The translations under genes and the position numbers were made by a program. Below, in pieces: positions 38,478 through 49,117 of a stretch of 64,000 bases of DNA; the first letter of the stretch is position 1, and each line of letters begins with the position of its first letter. The stretch is from Thermodesulfobacteriota bacterium (GTDB taxonomy: Bacteria; Desulfobacterota; Desulfarculia; JACQYL01), in the NCBI GenBank assembly GCA_963675595.2, contig CAXXLZ010000002.1, forward strand, positions 4,192,001 to 4,256,000, read 5' to 3'. The notes beneath the pieces are model-generated. The model had not been told where the DNA came from and ran no database searches. It worked only from the letters and a program-made list of their open reading frames with translations.

Positions 38478-40027
38478 CTAGAGTTTAGAGCCATGCGGGG
38501 CAGCCAAGTTTGTATAGAAGAGCATAGTTCTCCAAGACGGGTTGAATACCGTTGACGTAAGGCTTTGAGATGATTGACTGAACACGGATATCAGGCAGCG
38601 CGCCCCAAGTCTTCCGGAGAATCGGTGAATTCCGGTTGGAATTTTTTGGATTTCCGGTTCCACATGGCTCGCACGTTTAAGTTGCCGAAAAGACGACCGA
38701 TGGCTGCGGCCATCCAGCCGGCGGTGGCGGGCCTGTTCTTTCTCCAAGGGATTGGAAACATCGTATAGGCCGCGTTGGGACCCAGGCAGAGCGCCAAGAG
38801 CCGTGGCAAGCCGTAGGCCAGGCACAAGATCATGCTCCATCGAGCCAATGTCTGCCGTGTCTGCTGCCAAGCATTTTTCAGTCCGAACAGGTGCTTGATC
38901 TCGTTGAACATGGGCTCGGTCCACCATCGTCGTGCATAGCGTGTAATCACTTCCGCGCCGTCCATGTCGGGATCGGTACTGATCAGAAGATGCCAATCGG
39001 ACCAAGAGGGGTTGTCGGACATAAACCGGCACCACACGATCTTGCACAACCGGCCGTCCAGGAAGCGGACTTTGGCTTTGGTTTGGTAGAACTGGAAAAC
39101 TCGTTCCGAGCCGTAGGCAAAGAGGGTTTTCTCCACCGGACGACAGAATCGTCCGATGTTTTCCAACGTGAGTTTTTCCCCATACTTTCTGGGTCTGCCC
39201 CGTTTCTTCCGAGGCGGATTGTCCGGAGGCAAAAACAGGGCGGTATCTTTGCGGACTTGGCCGATGACCGTCACACCATCGCGAATCAGGGGAACCACCA
39301 GGGAGCTTTTCATATACCAGGCATCGAGCAGCAGAATAATGAGAAAGCGATCCGGCAGCCAAGTCATGAGAACGGACATCAAGAGCCGCGCCGCGTCCAG
39401 TTTGGTGGTGTTCCCTTTTTTGCGGATGAGCCGAAACAAGAGGGGAAACGCGGCTACCCGGCCCTTGTGGCGGCAGATGACAGCCAGAGAAACCCGAAGC
39501 TGTCCCCACAGGAATTTGGGGCGGTTGGGCCGGTGCGCGTGATCGTAATGCCAACCGGCGCAGGGAGCTTTCTTGGACGATCTGGGCAAAGGGAAGTCGT
39601 CTATGGCGAACTCGATGGATCGGTTTGGAATCCGTTTCAGGATCAGGCGCATCCATTGCCGGGCTAGCGCAAGCCATTGGAATCGGCCCTTTTCGATGGC
39701 CTTGTAATAGGCGGTCCAGGACAACTGGGGCCGAACGGCCAGAAGCGCGGAAGAAATATGGCCGCCGCGGCAGACCATACATCCCATCAGGAGTTCCAGA
39801 AGAGTCGGAGCTATTCTGCACGGAACGGCCTGAAATAGAAAGGAAATCCACTGCGATAGGAGCATAAGTGCTTGAGCCGTCGAATCCATTGGTTGACCCC
39901 CAAGGAAAGGTTTCTTTCCTTAAAGGGCCGCCAAAGGCGGCCGCGCATCCGCGCGGCAATGTCAAGTACTTTGTTGTCTTTATTCGCATTTTTCCTATAC
40001 CAAGGGTCGCCAGACTCTAAACTCTAG
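38478..40027 (-). mobile_element. Complete insertion sequence (IS701-like DDE), 1550 bp
   Basis: 13-bp terminal IRs CTAGAGTTTAGAG (38478-38490, 40015-40027); 8-bp TSD AAGTACTA (38470-38477, 40028-40035). Confidence 0.92.
38591..39889 (-). CDS. DDE transposase (IS701-like / DDE_5 superfamily)
   Basis: AIDD, LLDAWY, PRKYG, YARRWWTEPMFNEIKH with DDE residues; lies between the IRs. Confidence 0.88.
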   Translation of the reverse strand: MDSTAQALMLLSQWISFLFQAVPCRIAPTLLELLMGCMVCRGGHISSALLAVRPQLSWTAYYKAIEKGRFQWLALARQWMRLILKRIPNRSIEFAIDDFPLPRSSKKAPCAGWHYDHAHRPNRPKFLWGQLRVSLAVICRHKGRVAAFPLLFRLIRKKGNTTKLDAARLLMSVLMTWLPDRFLIILLLDAWYMKSSLVVPLIRDGVTVIGQVRKDTALFLPPDNPPRKKRGRPRKYGEKLTLENIGRFCRPVEKTLFAYGSERVFQFYQTKAKVRFLDGRLCKIVWCRFMSDNPSWSDWHLLISTDPDMDGAEVITRYARRWWTEPMFNEIKHLFGLKNAWQQTRQTLARWSMILCLAYGLPRLLALCLGPNAAYTMFPIPWRKNRPATAGWMAAAIGRLFGNLNVRAMWNRKSKKFQPEFTDSPEDLGRAA

Positions 40028-40472
40028 AAGTACTACATAGCGATCTCTAAAGTTAACATCATCCCACTTTAGGTTGTTTATCTCGCTCATTCTACCCATG
40101 GTCTCTATAAAACAGCAAAGATATTCCTTGTCATCAGTATCTGCTACATTTATTACTTCCGTTATATCTTCTTTGGAAGGTACATAAACAGCCGTTTTTG
40201 TCATAGGAAAAAATTCTATCCCTGAGGTAGGGTTTTTGTCTATCCATCCTTGCTTTAATCCATAATTAAAAGTACTACGCAAGTATTTAAGATACTTATT
40301 TGCATTTTTTGCCGATGAAATGGAGACATTGAGCAAATATGATTCAATCATGTCTCTAGAAATACTACTACATGGGACGTTCCCCCATCGTGCTATCCAT
40401 TTTCTGCCGAGATAAACATGATCCATGTAGTGCTTATGGGTATTGTAGGCTTTGACATGGTCTATTCGGCGA

Positions 40473-40859
40473 TTAACGAGGTCCAAGAAGGCCATGCCTG
40501 TTGGGGTCGTCTCCGCTATCGCCGCCGGTTCCTCCCGGATTTCGATCCTTCGTTCTTCTTCGGGATCCGGCAGTCCCTTTTGTATCGCCTCCTTTCTTTT
40601 CGATTCCGCTATCCTCGCTTCGTTCTTCGTCGCGTAGAAGCCTTTTGCGTAGCGGTTTTTGTTGAGGTAGAAATTGTACCTCCAGCCTTTGTTTTGAACG
40701 AAAAATACGCTCATAGAGGTCCTCCTTTGACGGAAAAACAAGAGAACCCCCAAGCTTCCGACCGCCAAGTTCCTTCCAGTGCCGGTAGACCCAACTCCGG
40801 CTCTTCTTCAGAAACCTGGCGACTTCCTCAGGGGTTTGGATTAGAGGACTCTCGGACAT
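40473..40859 (-). CDS. Excisionase-like HTH protein overlapping the integrase start
   Basis: TPEEVARFLKKSRSWVY MerR/HTH_17-type motif immediately upstream of the integrase. Confidence 0.7.
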   Translation of the reverse strand: MSESPLIQTPEEVARFLKKSRSWVYRHWKELGGRKLGGSLVFPSKEDLYERIFRSKQRLEVQFLPQQKPLRKRLLRDEERSEDSGIEKKGGDTKGTAGSRRRTKDRNPGGTGGDSGDDPNRHGLLGPR

Positions 40860-40936
40860 AAGTCAACACCTCGGACCGGACTGCACCGGCAAGCCGGCTT
40901 CATTCCGAAAAAACCACATAACTTTTTGGAATCATT

Positions 40937-41170
40937 TTACTTTCTCAAGAGCTTCATCACTCCGACAACGATAATCCCGATGACCGCAAGCTTTGCCACC
41001 GAAGTGACAGGATCACCGGAATGATGAGCGCCCCGACTTCCAACATCCCAGGCAGTCTTCATCGCATCACCGAATTCCGACACCGTACCGGCAACCGTCG
41101 AAAGAATCGACGGCAGGTACACGGCAAGAAGAACGATCATGATCGCAAGAAATACGTTCCGCCATTCCAT
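40937..41170 (-). CDS. Small membrane protein
   Basis: Two hydrophobic segments; AAGGTG RBS. Confidence 0.6.
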   Translation of the reverse strand: MEWRNVFLAIMIVLLAVYLPSILSTVAGTVSEFGDAMKTAWDVGSRGAHHSGDPVTSVAKLAVIGIIVVGVMKLLRK

Positions 41171-41500
41171 ATGGGATCACCTTTCTTGAAAGGGTTTCAT
41201 GAAGAAAGTGTCCGCTGAAGCTGAAATGTGTTCCTTCTTCTCCCGACCGGAGAATTCTGCTTCCTTTTCCACCGGCGCTTCGAACCTCTCCATCGATTGG
41301 GATGCCATCTCCTATCAAAGCCGCTCTGCGGACAGCTTCGGTGAACTGAAATCGAAATCTTACTCTGTCCAAATCCCGGCCTGGTACCGCGAACTGATTG
41401 GTGACAACGTCATGAAGACCGACAAAATTGGCCCCATCGCAGGAACGCTTGCAGGCCTGGCCCTCGTTTCCGCCATCCTCACAATCGCCGGCCTTGCCTG

Positions 41501-41538
41501 GAGAAACGCGAAAAGAGAAACGCGAAAAGAGAAACGCG
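41501..41538. repeat. 14-bp tandem repeat GAGAAACGCGAAAA x ~2.7
   Basis: Units at 41501, 41515 and 41529 (partial). Confidence 0.85.
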
Positions 41539-41650
41539 GTTTCCTCGATAGCAAAACCGATCTTAGAACGAATTCTATCTCACTTTTCCCGGCGATCACT
41601 CCCATCCACATCCGAAAACTATTTATACCCGCGCTTCCCGATCATCCAAT

Positions 41651-42823
41651 ATGGCCGGCGGCGCATTCGATGAAGTCTGGGAACTCCTTTCAGTATTCGA
41701 TATCCCGTACATCTATGACCGCTACGCTGTGGGAGTCGATTTCGTCCTCGCTTTTCTCTTCTTCCTGGGAGTCAGCCAGGTCACTCTCGGCAAGCGTTTC
41801 ACAGGCAAAGGCGGGAGCCTTCTCACTGTCGCCGTATCGCTTCTCTTGTCTGTAGGATTATCTGTTGCTGAATCACGGCTCAGTTTCAGCCTCGCTTCCT
41901 TCGGCCCGATCGCAATCTTCTTCCTTCTCTTCATCGTCGGCTTGGTGCTGTATCAACTCGCCCGGCATCTGGGTTTCCACGCATCGACTGCTTTGTCCCT
42001 CGTGTTCGTTATGACCTATTTCTCGATCCAGGCAGTGTCGCCGTCCATCATGGACTTCGTTCACCAAAGAGCGCCCTGGCTCAGGACCACGCTGTTCTGT
42101 GTCTTCGTGTTCGCTGCTGGAAAGCTCCTCTATTCGATCTTTCATACGATCTTTTCGAAAAGCTCAATCACGTCCCTCGCATCCAAGATTGAAGCAAACC
42201 CTGAATTCACCCGACAGATTGAGCGGGATGTCGAATTCGAGGAACATGAGAACAAATCCTCGAAGAAACAGGAAAAACTCTCCAAGAAAAGCCGGGGAGA
42301 TTCGGAAGATATTCTCCAACGCATAGTATCGGTCCTCAGGATTCTTGAAACAGAAGGAGTAACGCCTTTCGCGGGAAAGAAGATCGCGGACAAATTGGTC
42401 TCCATCGCGGATTCAGAACACCAAATCGAAAAGCGAATGAAACAGCTCGAGTCCGCCAACGCCGATCTCAAGCGAGTCGATGCCGACCATCTCACCCAAC
42501 TCAGAGACCGGATGAGCAGAGCCCAGGGCAAGGAAAAGGAAAGGCTTCAAAGGGAAATCGAACTGGAGAGCGAAAAACTCCGACTTCACCAAGCGGTCGA
42601 AACCCTCGGCCAACGGATTGACGCTTTGATGGAGGAGTTCAAGGCCTCTCTCCGATCAGCAGCCGAACTTATCGCGCGGTCAGCCTATCCTCTGGATTCC
42701 CGGCCATACTTGGAGCGGGCAATCCAGATCGATGAGGAGGTTCGGCGGGAGCTTGACGTGATTCAAGATTTTGAGGATAAGATAGGCAAATTCGCGCGCG
42801 AGGCGAAGAAAAGCGCCAAGTAA
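41651..42823 (+). CDS. Hypothetical protein: multi-TM N-terminus plus long coiled-coil C-terminus
   Basis: About five hydrophobic helices, then charged heptad-rich sequence. Confidence 0.75.
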   Translation: MAGGAFDEVWELLSVFDIPYIYDRYAVGVDFVLAFLFFLGVSQVTLGKRFTGKGGSLLTVAVSLLLSVGLSVAESRLSFSLASFGPIAIFFLLFIVGLVLYQLARHLGFHASTALSLVFVMTYFSIQAVSPSIMDFVHQRAPWLRTTLFCVFVFAAGKLLYSIFHTIFSKSSITSLASKIEANPEFTRQIERDVEFEEHENKSSKKQEKLSKKSRGDSEDILQRIVSVLRILETEGVTPFAGKKIADKLVSIADSEHQIEKRMKQLESANADLKRVDADHLTQLRDRMSRAQGKEKERLQREIELESEKLRLHQAVETLGQRIDALMEEFKASLRSAAELIARSAYPLDSRPYLERAIQIDEEVRRELDVIQDFEDKIGKFAREAKKSAK

Positions 42824-43631
42824 GGGATGATTTGACCTTTAGGCAATCAGGATATCGAAAGGCATTCAACGTGTTCTTAAGCCATCATTGGAAGCATATA
42901 CCCATGAATAGACGGGATGTGTCTCTTTCGTGGTCAACCTAACCAATCTAAGCAAAATCATGCAAAAGAGTCATTTGCCTTCAAACTGCACCGTGTTAAA
43001 ATAATTTTCCGATTCAAGTATTCTCATGCCTTAGCCTTCGTTATCCCAAAAACCGCGCGATTCCCTGAATATGGTGCTCATGAAGGTAGATTCTCAGCCA
43101 AATGAAATCCCACAAATAGCCTTCTCGACGAGAACGGCTTTTCAATGGGTCCCGGATTTTAGGAGGGCAAAAGCCTTTGCATTCTAATGGGGCTTGAGAG
43201 CGTTGTCTCGGAACCCATTTGTCGACGAGAAACACCAGCTCCGAGCATTTTGTCTTGGGAGAAGAAGATGCAGTACGGTCTGCAATGGTGACGAATAGCA
43301 GACTATTTTGCTCGATTATAGGCAAGGCCGCCGATCGATGGCGCGCTTTCTGTGCAATATCGGGCCCTCCCCGCCCCTCGTAATTACCACATTTCCCGTG
43401 AAATAAATCTGTTCTTGAATCTGGCCCGCAAGCTATACATAATTTGCAATGCAGAGATTTTTACGACTGCCACACCTGATGAGCTCAAATGTAACATTCC
43501 TGAAAATGTCGAGATCAAATCGCTTTAGGGCAAGAGGGAAAAAGCCTAACTCGGGAAGATTCCGTTTCATAGTGTCCGCATTGCGCACCGAATGGGTTAA
43601 TTCCCACTTTGACCATTAAGGGAGAAGGATA

Positions 43632-44489
43632 TTGACAACATCCATGACAAAAATTGCGGGAAACAAAGGCTCCGGCCCCCCTGGAATCGTCAAAATCCCG
43701 GCCGGCATCCGGGGACTGGATGAGGTCCTCAACGGGGGTGTTCCCAAAGGCGCAACGACGCTTCTCAGCGGCGGGCCGGGAACGGGCAAAACCATGTTAG
43801 GGCTTGAATTCCTTGTCCGGGGGGCCATGGCCGGGCATCCCGGAATCCTGTTGACCTTCGAGGAAACTGAGCTTGCTTTGAAAAACTATGCCGCCGGGTT
43901 TGGGTGGGATCTCGCCGAATTCGAATCCAAAGGGTTTCTGTCCATTGTATCGGCCCGCATCCAACCGGACGCCGTGCTTTCCGGCAATTTCGACCTGCGC
44001 GGCGTCATCGGTATCCTGCGGCAAAAGGCCGATTCCATAAAGGCCGAACGGGTGGTTGTCGATGCCCCGGACGTGTTCCTTCGCCTTCTGGGTGACATCT
44101 CCAAAGAGCGGGCAGAATTGCATCTCTTGCACGAATGGCTGCGGGAGGCCGGGATGACGGCCCTGATGACGGTCAAAAGCCGAACGGACCAAGCCTCGTC
44201 CTCGCAATACGATTTCCTCGATTACATGGCTGATTGCGTGATTCACTTGGACCAGCGGGTTTTGGAACAGGTCACCACACGACGTCTGCGGGTGACCAAG
44301 AACCCCGGCTCCGCGTACGGTCGTAATGAGTATCCGTTCGGCATCACGGACAAAGGAATCTGGATCATTCCCGTAACCCAGGCCGGCCTCGGCGAATGCC
44401 TCTCCAGCGGCGTGGATCAACTGGACGACATTCTGGGCGGATGTTACCGGCGCAACTCCTGTACATTTCCCCGCATTCACCCTGTATGA
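43632..44489 (+). pseudogene. kaiC: KaiC-like ATPase, C-terminally truncated
   Basis: GLDEVLNGGVP, GGPGTGKT, TFEE, RRLRVTK; second domain begins (SSGVDQLDDILGG) then stops before its Walker A. Confidence 0.75.
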
Positions 44490-44501
44490 ACCGGCGGCCC
44501 T

Positions 44502-47500
44502 TCAGGATGTCAACGAGTCGAGTTTCGTCGAAGTTACATCCATGATGATTCCGATGACCTTGAGCACTCGTTCGTTTTCCGACACGGCTTCGGCTCGTGT
44601 GCGAACACGTTTGGTTCGGCCCGAGAAATCCACGAAATCGCATTCAAGGTCATAAGGTTCGCCGATTTCACAGCATGCCTCAAACGCCTTTTGGACCCGT
44701 TCACGATCCCCGGGAACGTAACAATCCAGACTGTGTTCGATATGCTCCTTGGAACCCGGTTGAATCGCGTGGGGGTCCAGCCCGTGAATACGATAGACTT
44801 CGTCGGACCAGTACATGGTGCTCGTTCCAATGGTCCATTCCCAGCCTCCGATGCGGGCCAGTCGCTGCGCCGTATTGAGAAGTTCGGTGATTCGGCGAAG
44901 GCTGGTTTCCGTTTGCTTACGTTGAGTGACGTCGATCGCCAATTCGAAACGGACAAGCCGGCCATCGGGCCATTGAATAGCGCGATCCGTGATATCGTAA
45001 TCAGCACGGGTGACCGGATTGTGAAACTCCCACCGGTAAGGCCGTAGGGAATCCTTTCGAATAATCTCGTTTGTACAGAACTCACAGGGCGAAAGTCTTT
45101 TCTGCAACGCCTTGAAACAAACTGCGCCGACGATATCCTTACCGAAAGCATTTTTGGCCGCCTTATTGGCGAAAAGTACCTCATAATTGTTCATGTCGGA
45201 GACGTAAATGATTTCGTCGATGCTGTCGAAAATCGACAGGAGTTGAGCACGCTCCAATCTCAGGCTTTCTTCGAATCGCTTGAGAGGTCCGACATCCGTA
45301 AAGGTGATGACCACGCCGGAAGATTCGCTCTCGCCGATTCGATAAGGCAGTACCCGCATCAGAAGCCAGTGGCCCGAATCCGTCCGGCATTCCGTTTCAA
45401 GGGCCTTACCCGTATCGATGACCTGGCGCGCGGCAACCACCGGGTCGATGTCGATCAATGTGTGAGACAGATGGGACAAGGGGCGATTGAGATCACTTTC
45501 CTTGATGCGGTAGACGTTGCGCAACTCCGGAGTGAACCGGCGTATATCGAGGTTTTCGTCCAAGAATAAGGTCGCGATGCGTGTAGTGGACATCAAGTTG
45601 TCCAAATCATTGGTGGTTTCCGTAAGTTCAATGATTTTGGATTGATACTCCGCGTTGACCGTGTGCAATTCTTCATTGACGGACTGTAATTCTTCGTTGG
45701 TGCTTTGAAGCTCTTCATTGCCGGCGAGCAGTTCTTCGTTGGTGGCCTGCAGCTCCTCATTGGAGGTTTCCAGTTCCTCGATCGTGGCCTGCAAATTCTC
45801 TTTGGTGAATTGCAGATCTTGCTCCAGGTCGTAGATGCGCTGCTCGGCTTCCTTGCTGAGATCGAATTCGTTCACCGACGCGGACGGGGTCACCTTTTGG
45901 TGGGGCGTCCCATCCTGAAGAAGGATCATCGCATTGCGTTCTTGTCCCTTTCTGTGAGGAAGCAGGCGAATACGTATTTCCACAATTCGGCCGCCCTCGG
46001 AGCTTTCCAGGCGGACGTTCTTGTATCGAACCTCGCCGCCTCCGTGGAAGGCCTTTTGAAGCCCCGTGGACAGAGGAATGGCCAATTCCTTGGACACAAC
46101 GCGCGTGATCTCGTTCTGCACGCGACCCGGCGGGAAACGGAGCAAACCGTCGGTGTTTCCCACAACATGCAACAATTCCAGCCGCTCGTTCACCACCGCC
46201 GCAAATATGTTGAAATCGTCGGCCAGCATCTGCAGCAAATTCTCTTGGAGACGTTCCTCCTCACGTTCGCCGAGAATGCGAGCTCCGGGCTGTAATCGAG
46301 AATACGCGGCAGGAGCCACCGACGTTCTGAACGCCGGAACCCGCACCGCGTCGGTCAAAGGACGCCTACGCCCCCTTGCTCTGTATATCTTGAACTTGTG
46401 ATGCAGGGGCTCGAACAATTCGCCCTGATCGCCCGGGGTTTCGCTTGTTCCCAACAAGAGTAGACCGCCTGGGTGCAGTGAAAAATTGAGGTAATCGATG
46501 ATCTTTTTTTGAAGCACGGGCTGAAGGTAGATAAGGAGATTGCGGCAGCTTATCAGGTCGATGCTGGTGAAAGGCGGGTCTTTGATGAGATTGTGCTGGG
46601 CGAACACCACCATTTCTCTTATGGAACGATGAATTTGATAGCCGTCGTCCCGGTGAACGAAATATTTGGTCAACAGGCCGCTGGGGAGGTCTGCCGTTAT
46701 GCTCTCGGGATAGAACCCGTTTCCCGCGCTCATTACCGCGTTTCGATCCAAATCCGTGGCGAATATTTTGATATTGGGAGGATTCTTCATTCGGTCCTGA
46801 CATTCTCGGGCCAGGATGGCAAATGTGTATGCCTCTTCTCCCGTTGAACAACCGGGCACCCAAAAACGGGCTTCCGCGTGGTTCAGCTCATTCAGAAGAG
46901 CGGGCAGGTAAGTCTTTCCCAGAACCTCGAAGACCTCACGATCTCTGAAAAAACTGGTGACGCCGATTAGGAGCTCTCGATAGAGGGTTGTCAATTCCTC
47001 CGGCCGTGCTTCCAACATGCGTACGTATTCGCGAAGGTCCTTGGCTTGGTTCACCGTGATCCTTCGTTCGATGCGGCGTAATACGGTGCTCGATTTATAA
47101 AAGGTGAAATCGACCTTTGTCTGTTCCCTCAACAGGGCGAATATCCTTGTCAAGCCGTCTTCGTCGGAAAGGAGCGCCTTGGGCCGGTCGGCGGGTGCGC
47201 CGGTTCTGCGGACGGCGAAAGATACCAGTCGGCCGGGCATTTCTTCGGGAGGCAGCACGATATCGGCAAGCCCTGTAGATATGGCGGCCCTGGGCATGCC
47301 GTCGAACTTGGCGGAGGCCTCGCTTTGCACCGTCACCATGCCGCCTGCTTCCTTCACGGCGCGTACTCCGCGCACGCCGTCGCTTCCGGTGCCCGATAGA
47401 ATGACCGCGATGGCCTTGTCCCCCTGGTCCTCGGCCAAGGACATGAGAAATACGTCGATGGGCAGGTTGATTCCTTGATTGGGATCGAAATCCCTCAAGA

Positions 47501-47831
47501 GCAGCTTGCCGTGGAAGACGCTGAGTTGCTTGCGGGGGGGGATGAGATAAACGCTGTTAGGCTCGACGCGGAGGCCTTCCTCGGCCCGCAGTACGGGCAT
47601 GGTCGTACGTTTGGAAAGCAGCTCCACCATCAGACTTTTGTAATCCGGAGATAGATGTTGGATGACTACGAAAGCCATACCGGAGTCCGGAGGCATATGC
47701 GAGAAGAAAACGTCCAACGCTTCGAGACCTCCGGCTGACGCGCCGATTCCTACATAGTAGAGGGGATCGGTGGGCGATGCCGTGGTTTGAGTCTGCTGGC
47801 CTTCCGATTCAGGAAATTGCGGTTCGCGCAT
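44502..47831 (-). CDS. CheB methylesterase-CheR methyltransferase fusion with coiled coil and PAS domains
   Basis: GASAGG/QH/GSDG CheB triad; TSFFRD, GCSTGEE, CRNLLIY CheR motifs; ELQSTNEEL repeats; terminal PAS, no kinase. Confidence 0.93.
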   Translation of the reverse strand: MREPQFPESEGQQTQTTASPTDPLYYVGIGASAGGLEALDVFFSHMPPDSGMAFVVIQHLSPDYKSLMVELLSKRTTMPVLRAEEGLRVEPNSVYLIPPRKQLSVFHGKLLLRDFDPNQGINLPIDVFLMSLAEDQGDKAIAVILSGTGSDGVRGVRAVKEAGGMVTVQSEASAKFDGMPRAAISTGLADIVLPPEEMPGRLVSFAVRRTGAPADRPKALLSDEDGLTRIFALLREQTKVDFTFYKSSTVLRRIERRITVNQAKDLREYVRMLEARPEELTTLYRELLIGVTSFFRDREVFEVLGKTYLPALLNELNHAEARFWVPGCSTGEEAYTFAILARECQDRMKNPPNIKIFATDLDRNAVMSAGNGFYPESITADLPSGLLTKYFVHRDDGYQIHRSIREMVVFAQHNLIKDPPFTSIDLISCRNLLIYLQPVLQKKIIDYLNFSLHPGGLLLLGTSETPGDQGELFEPLHHKFKIYRARGRRRPLTDAVRVPAFRTSVAPAAYSRLQPGARILGEREEERLQENLLQMLADDFNIFAAVVNERLELLHVVGNTDGLLRFPPGRVQNEITRVVSKELAIPLSTGLQKAFHGGGEVRYKNVRLESSEGGRIVEIRIRLLPHRKGQERNAMILLQDGTPHQKVTPSASVNEFDLSKEAEQRIYDLEQDLQFTKENLQATIEELETSNEELQATNEELLAGNEELQSTNEELQSVNEELHTVNAEYQSKIIELTETTNDLDNLMSTTRIATLFLDENLDIRRFTPELRNVYRIKESDLNRPLSHLSHTLIDIDPVVAARQVIDTGKALETECRTDSGHWLLMRVLPYRIGESESSGVVITFTDVGPLKRFEESLRLERAQLLSIFDSIDEIIYVSDMNNYEVLFANKAAKNAFGKDIVGAVCFKALQKRLSPCEFCTNEIIRKDSLRPYRWEFHNPVTRADYDITDRAIQWPDGRLVRFELAIDVTQRKQTETSLRRITELLNTAQRLARIGGWEWTIGTSTMYWSDEVYRIHGLDPHAIQPGSKEHIEHSLDCYVPGDRERVQKAFEACCEIGEPYDLECDFVDFSGRTKRVRTRAEAVSENERVLKVIGIIMDVTSTKLDSLTS

Positions 47832-49117
47832 GGGTCAGCACCTTTTGTGCAGGGGCTTAGGAGGGGGGAACAGTAAATAAATGTCGACGGTCTCCGCATA
47901 AGGATATCAAACAACGGTCTTGACCAGTTAATAATTTATCACGAGCTTATTGTCAGGGTCTACCTGTCGATAGACGAAGCGGTATCAGCCATCCGGCCCC
48001 TCCGGTCCGCCGATTACGACCACGAATCCAAGGCGGGCTCCAGAGAAATCTTCAACCTCCTGGGTGAAATCCTGCAGAGGTTCGCTCATCGCATGCCCTT
48101 ACTTCAAGATACCTCCTTTCTTCGCTCCAATTCATCGCAGGTATTCTGTTGGGCATTCCGTTTCGCCTTTTTGTTCCAATTCGACGGGCAGTTGAAAAAG
48201 GGCGGTGGACGGCTCCTGGATCACTCCACAGGAGCCCCTCACCCAATTCCCCTCGGGAGAATCCGATCCCAGCATTCTCGATGCCTCACCGACGGCGCAC
48301 CTCGGACCCGCAGGCATGGCGAAGGAAACACCACGGTCGCGCCGTGTGACAAAGAGACGCAGGGTGATGCGGAGGTAACGCGGAAGATCGCTCTCCCGAG
48401 GATTCTCGAGCCCCCGTCTCATCCATGGCTTTTGGGGAAGAGGTACGGGTAAGGACCCTGAAGGCTTCTTTTGCGAAGAACGGCACCCCGGCCGGGTGTC
48501 CAACAGAAAAGACATGTCCAGATTTCCGGACAGCACATTTTAAGGATTTAAAATCAGTATGTTGAACCCTCGGTAGGGTTCCGACGTATGGGAAAGCGGA
48601 CGCTTTTCGATCCATTGACCACAAATGGATCGGCGCTGTCGATGCCATAAATTTCGTCCATGACAGCAACTTGTAAGGACATACGTGCGCACATAACAGG
48701 TATGCCCAAAAGCCGACTTTTTGCCAGCCTGGTCGCAGCATACTTAGGGCAAGCGATTGTTGGCTGTTACCTTCTCCCATCGTGTAACATTCAGCAGAAT
48801 TCGGATTCTCGGGCCAAAAAGCAACATTTCTCCATATCCAATCGGGGAAGTTGTTCCGGCATTTACCCGGCGGCGAACCACTCGAAAAATATTGGGTGAA
48901 GGCCCGGACCTCGGCTCGATGCTTCTCCACCTTCTGGTTTGGTTCTTGCAATACACCGGACCATGGGAACCTCGACCCCAGTAGTTCTCAAAGAAGATTC
49001 ACTAAACAAGCCCTCTAGTGGGCAGTTACTTCAAGAATGATCCTATCATTACGCCAAACTAACAGTAACCCGAAATAATATTTTCAATGCTTAACAATAG
49101 TCAGGGAGAGCAACGCG

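Larger units (their letters stand above)
38002..40714 (-). pseudogene. Tyrosine recombinase/integrase interrupted by an IS
   Basis: N-part 40714-40028 (TMGRMSEI catalytic Arg region) and C-part 38469-38002 (HAFRH, ILGH, TEIY); removing the IS and one TSD copy restores ...DRYVVLYTRKKRGG..., 384 aa. Confidence 0.92.

Noticed and set aside
41412-42823. Repeat-mediated fusion of the 41412 ORF with the 41651 gene
   Set aside because: Deleting one 14-bp unit gives the right frame, but TAG stops at 41549 and 41564 block fusion
47832-49117. Riboswitch, sigma54 promoter or hidden gene in the long divergent intergenic region
   Set aside because: No recognisable c-di-GMP or other aptamer core, no TGGCAC-N5-TTGC, and ORFs here lack protein-like features
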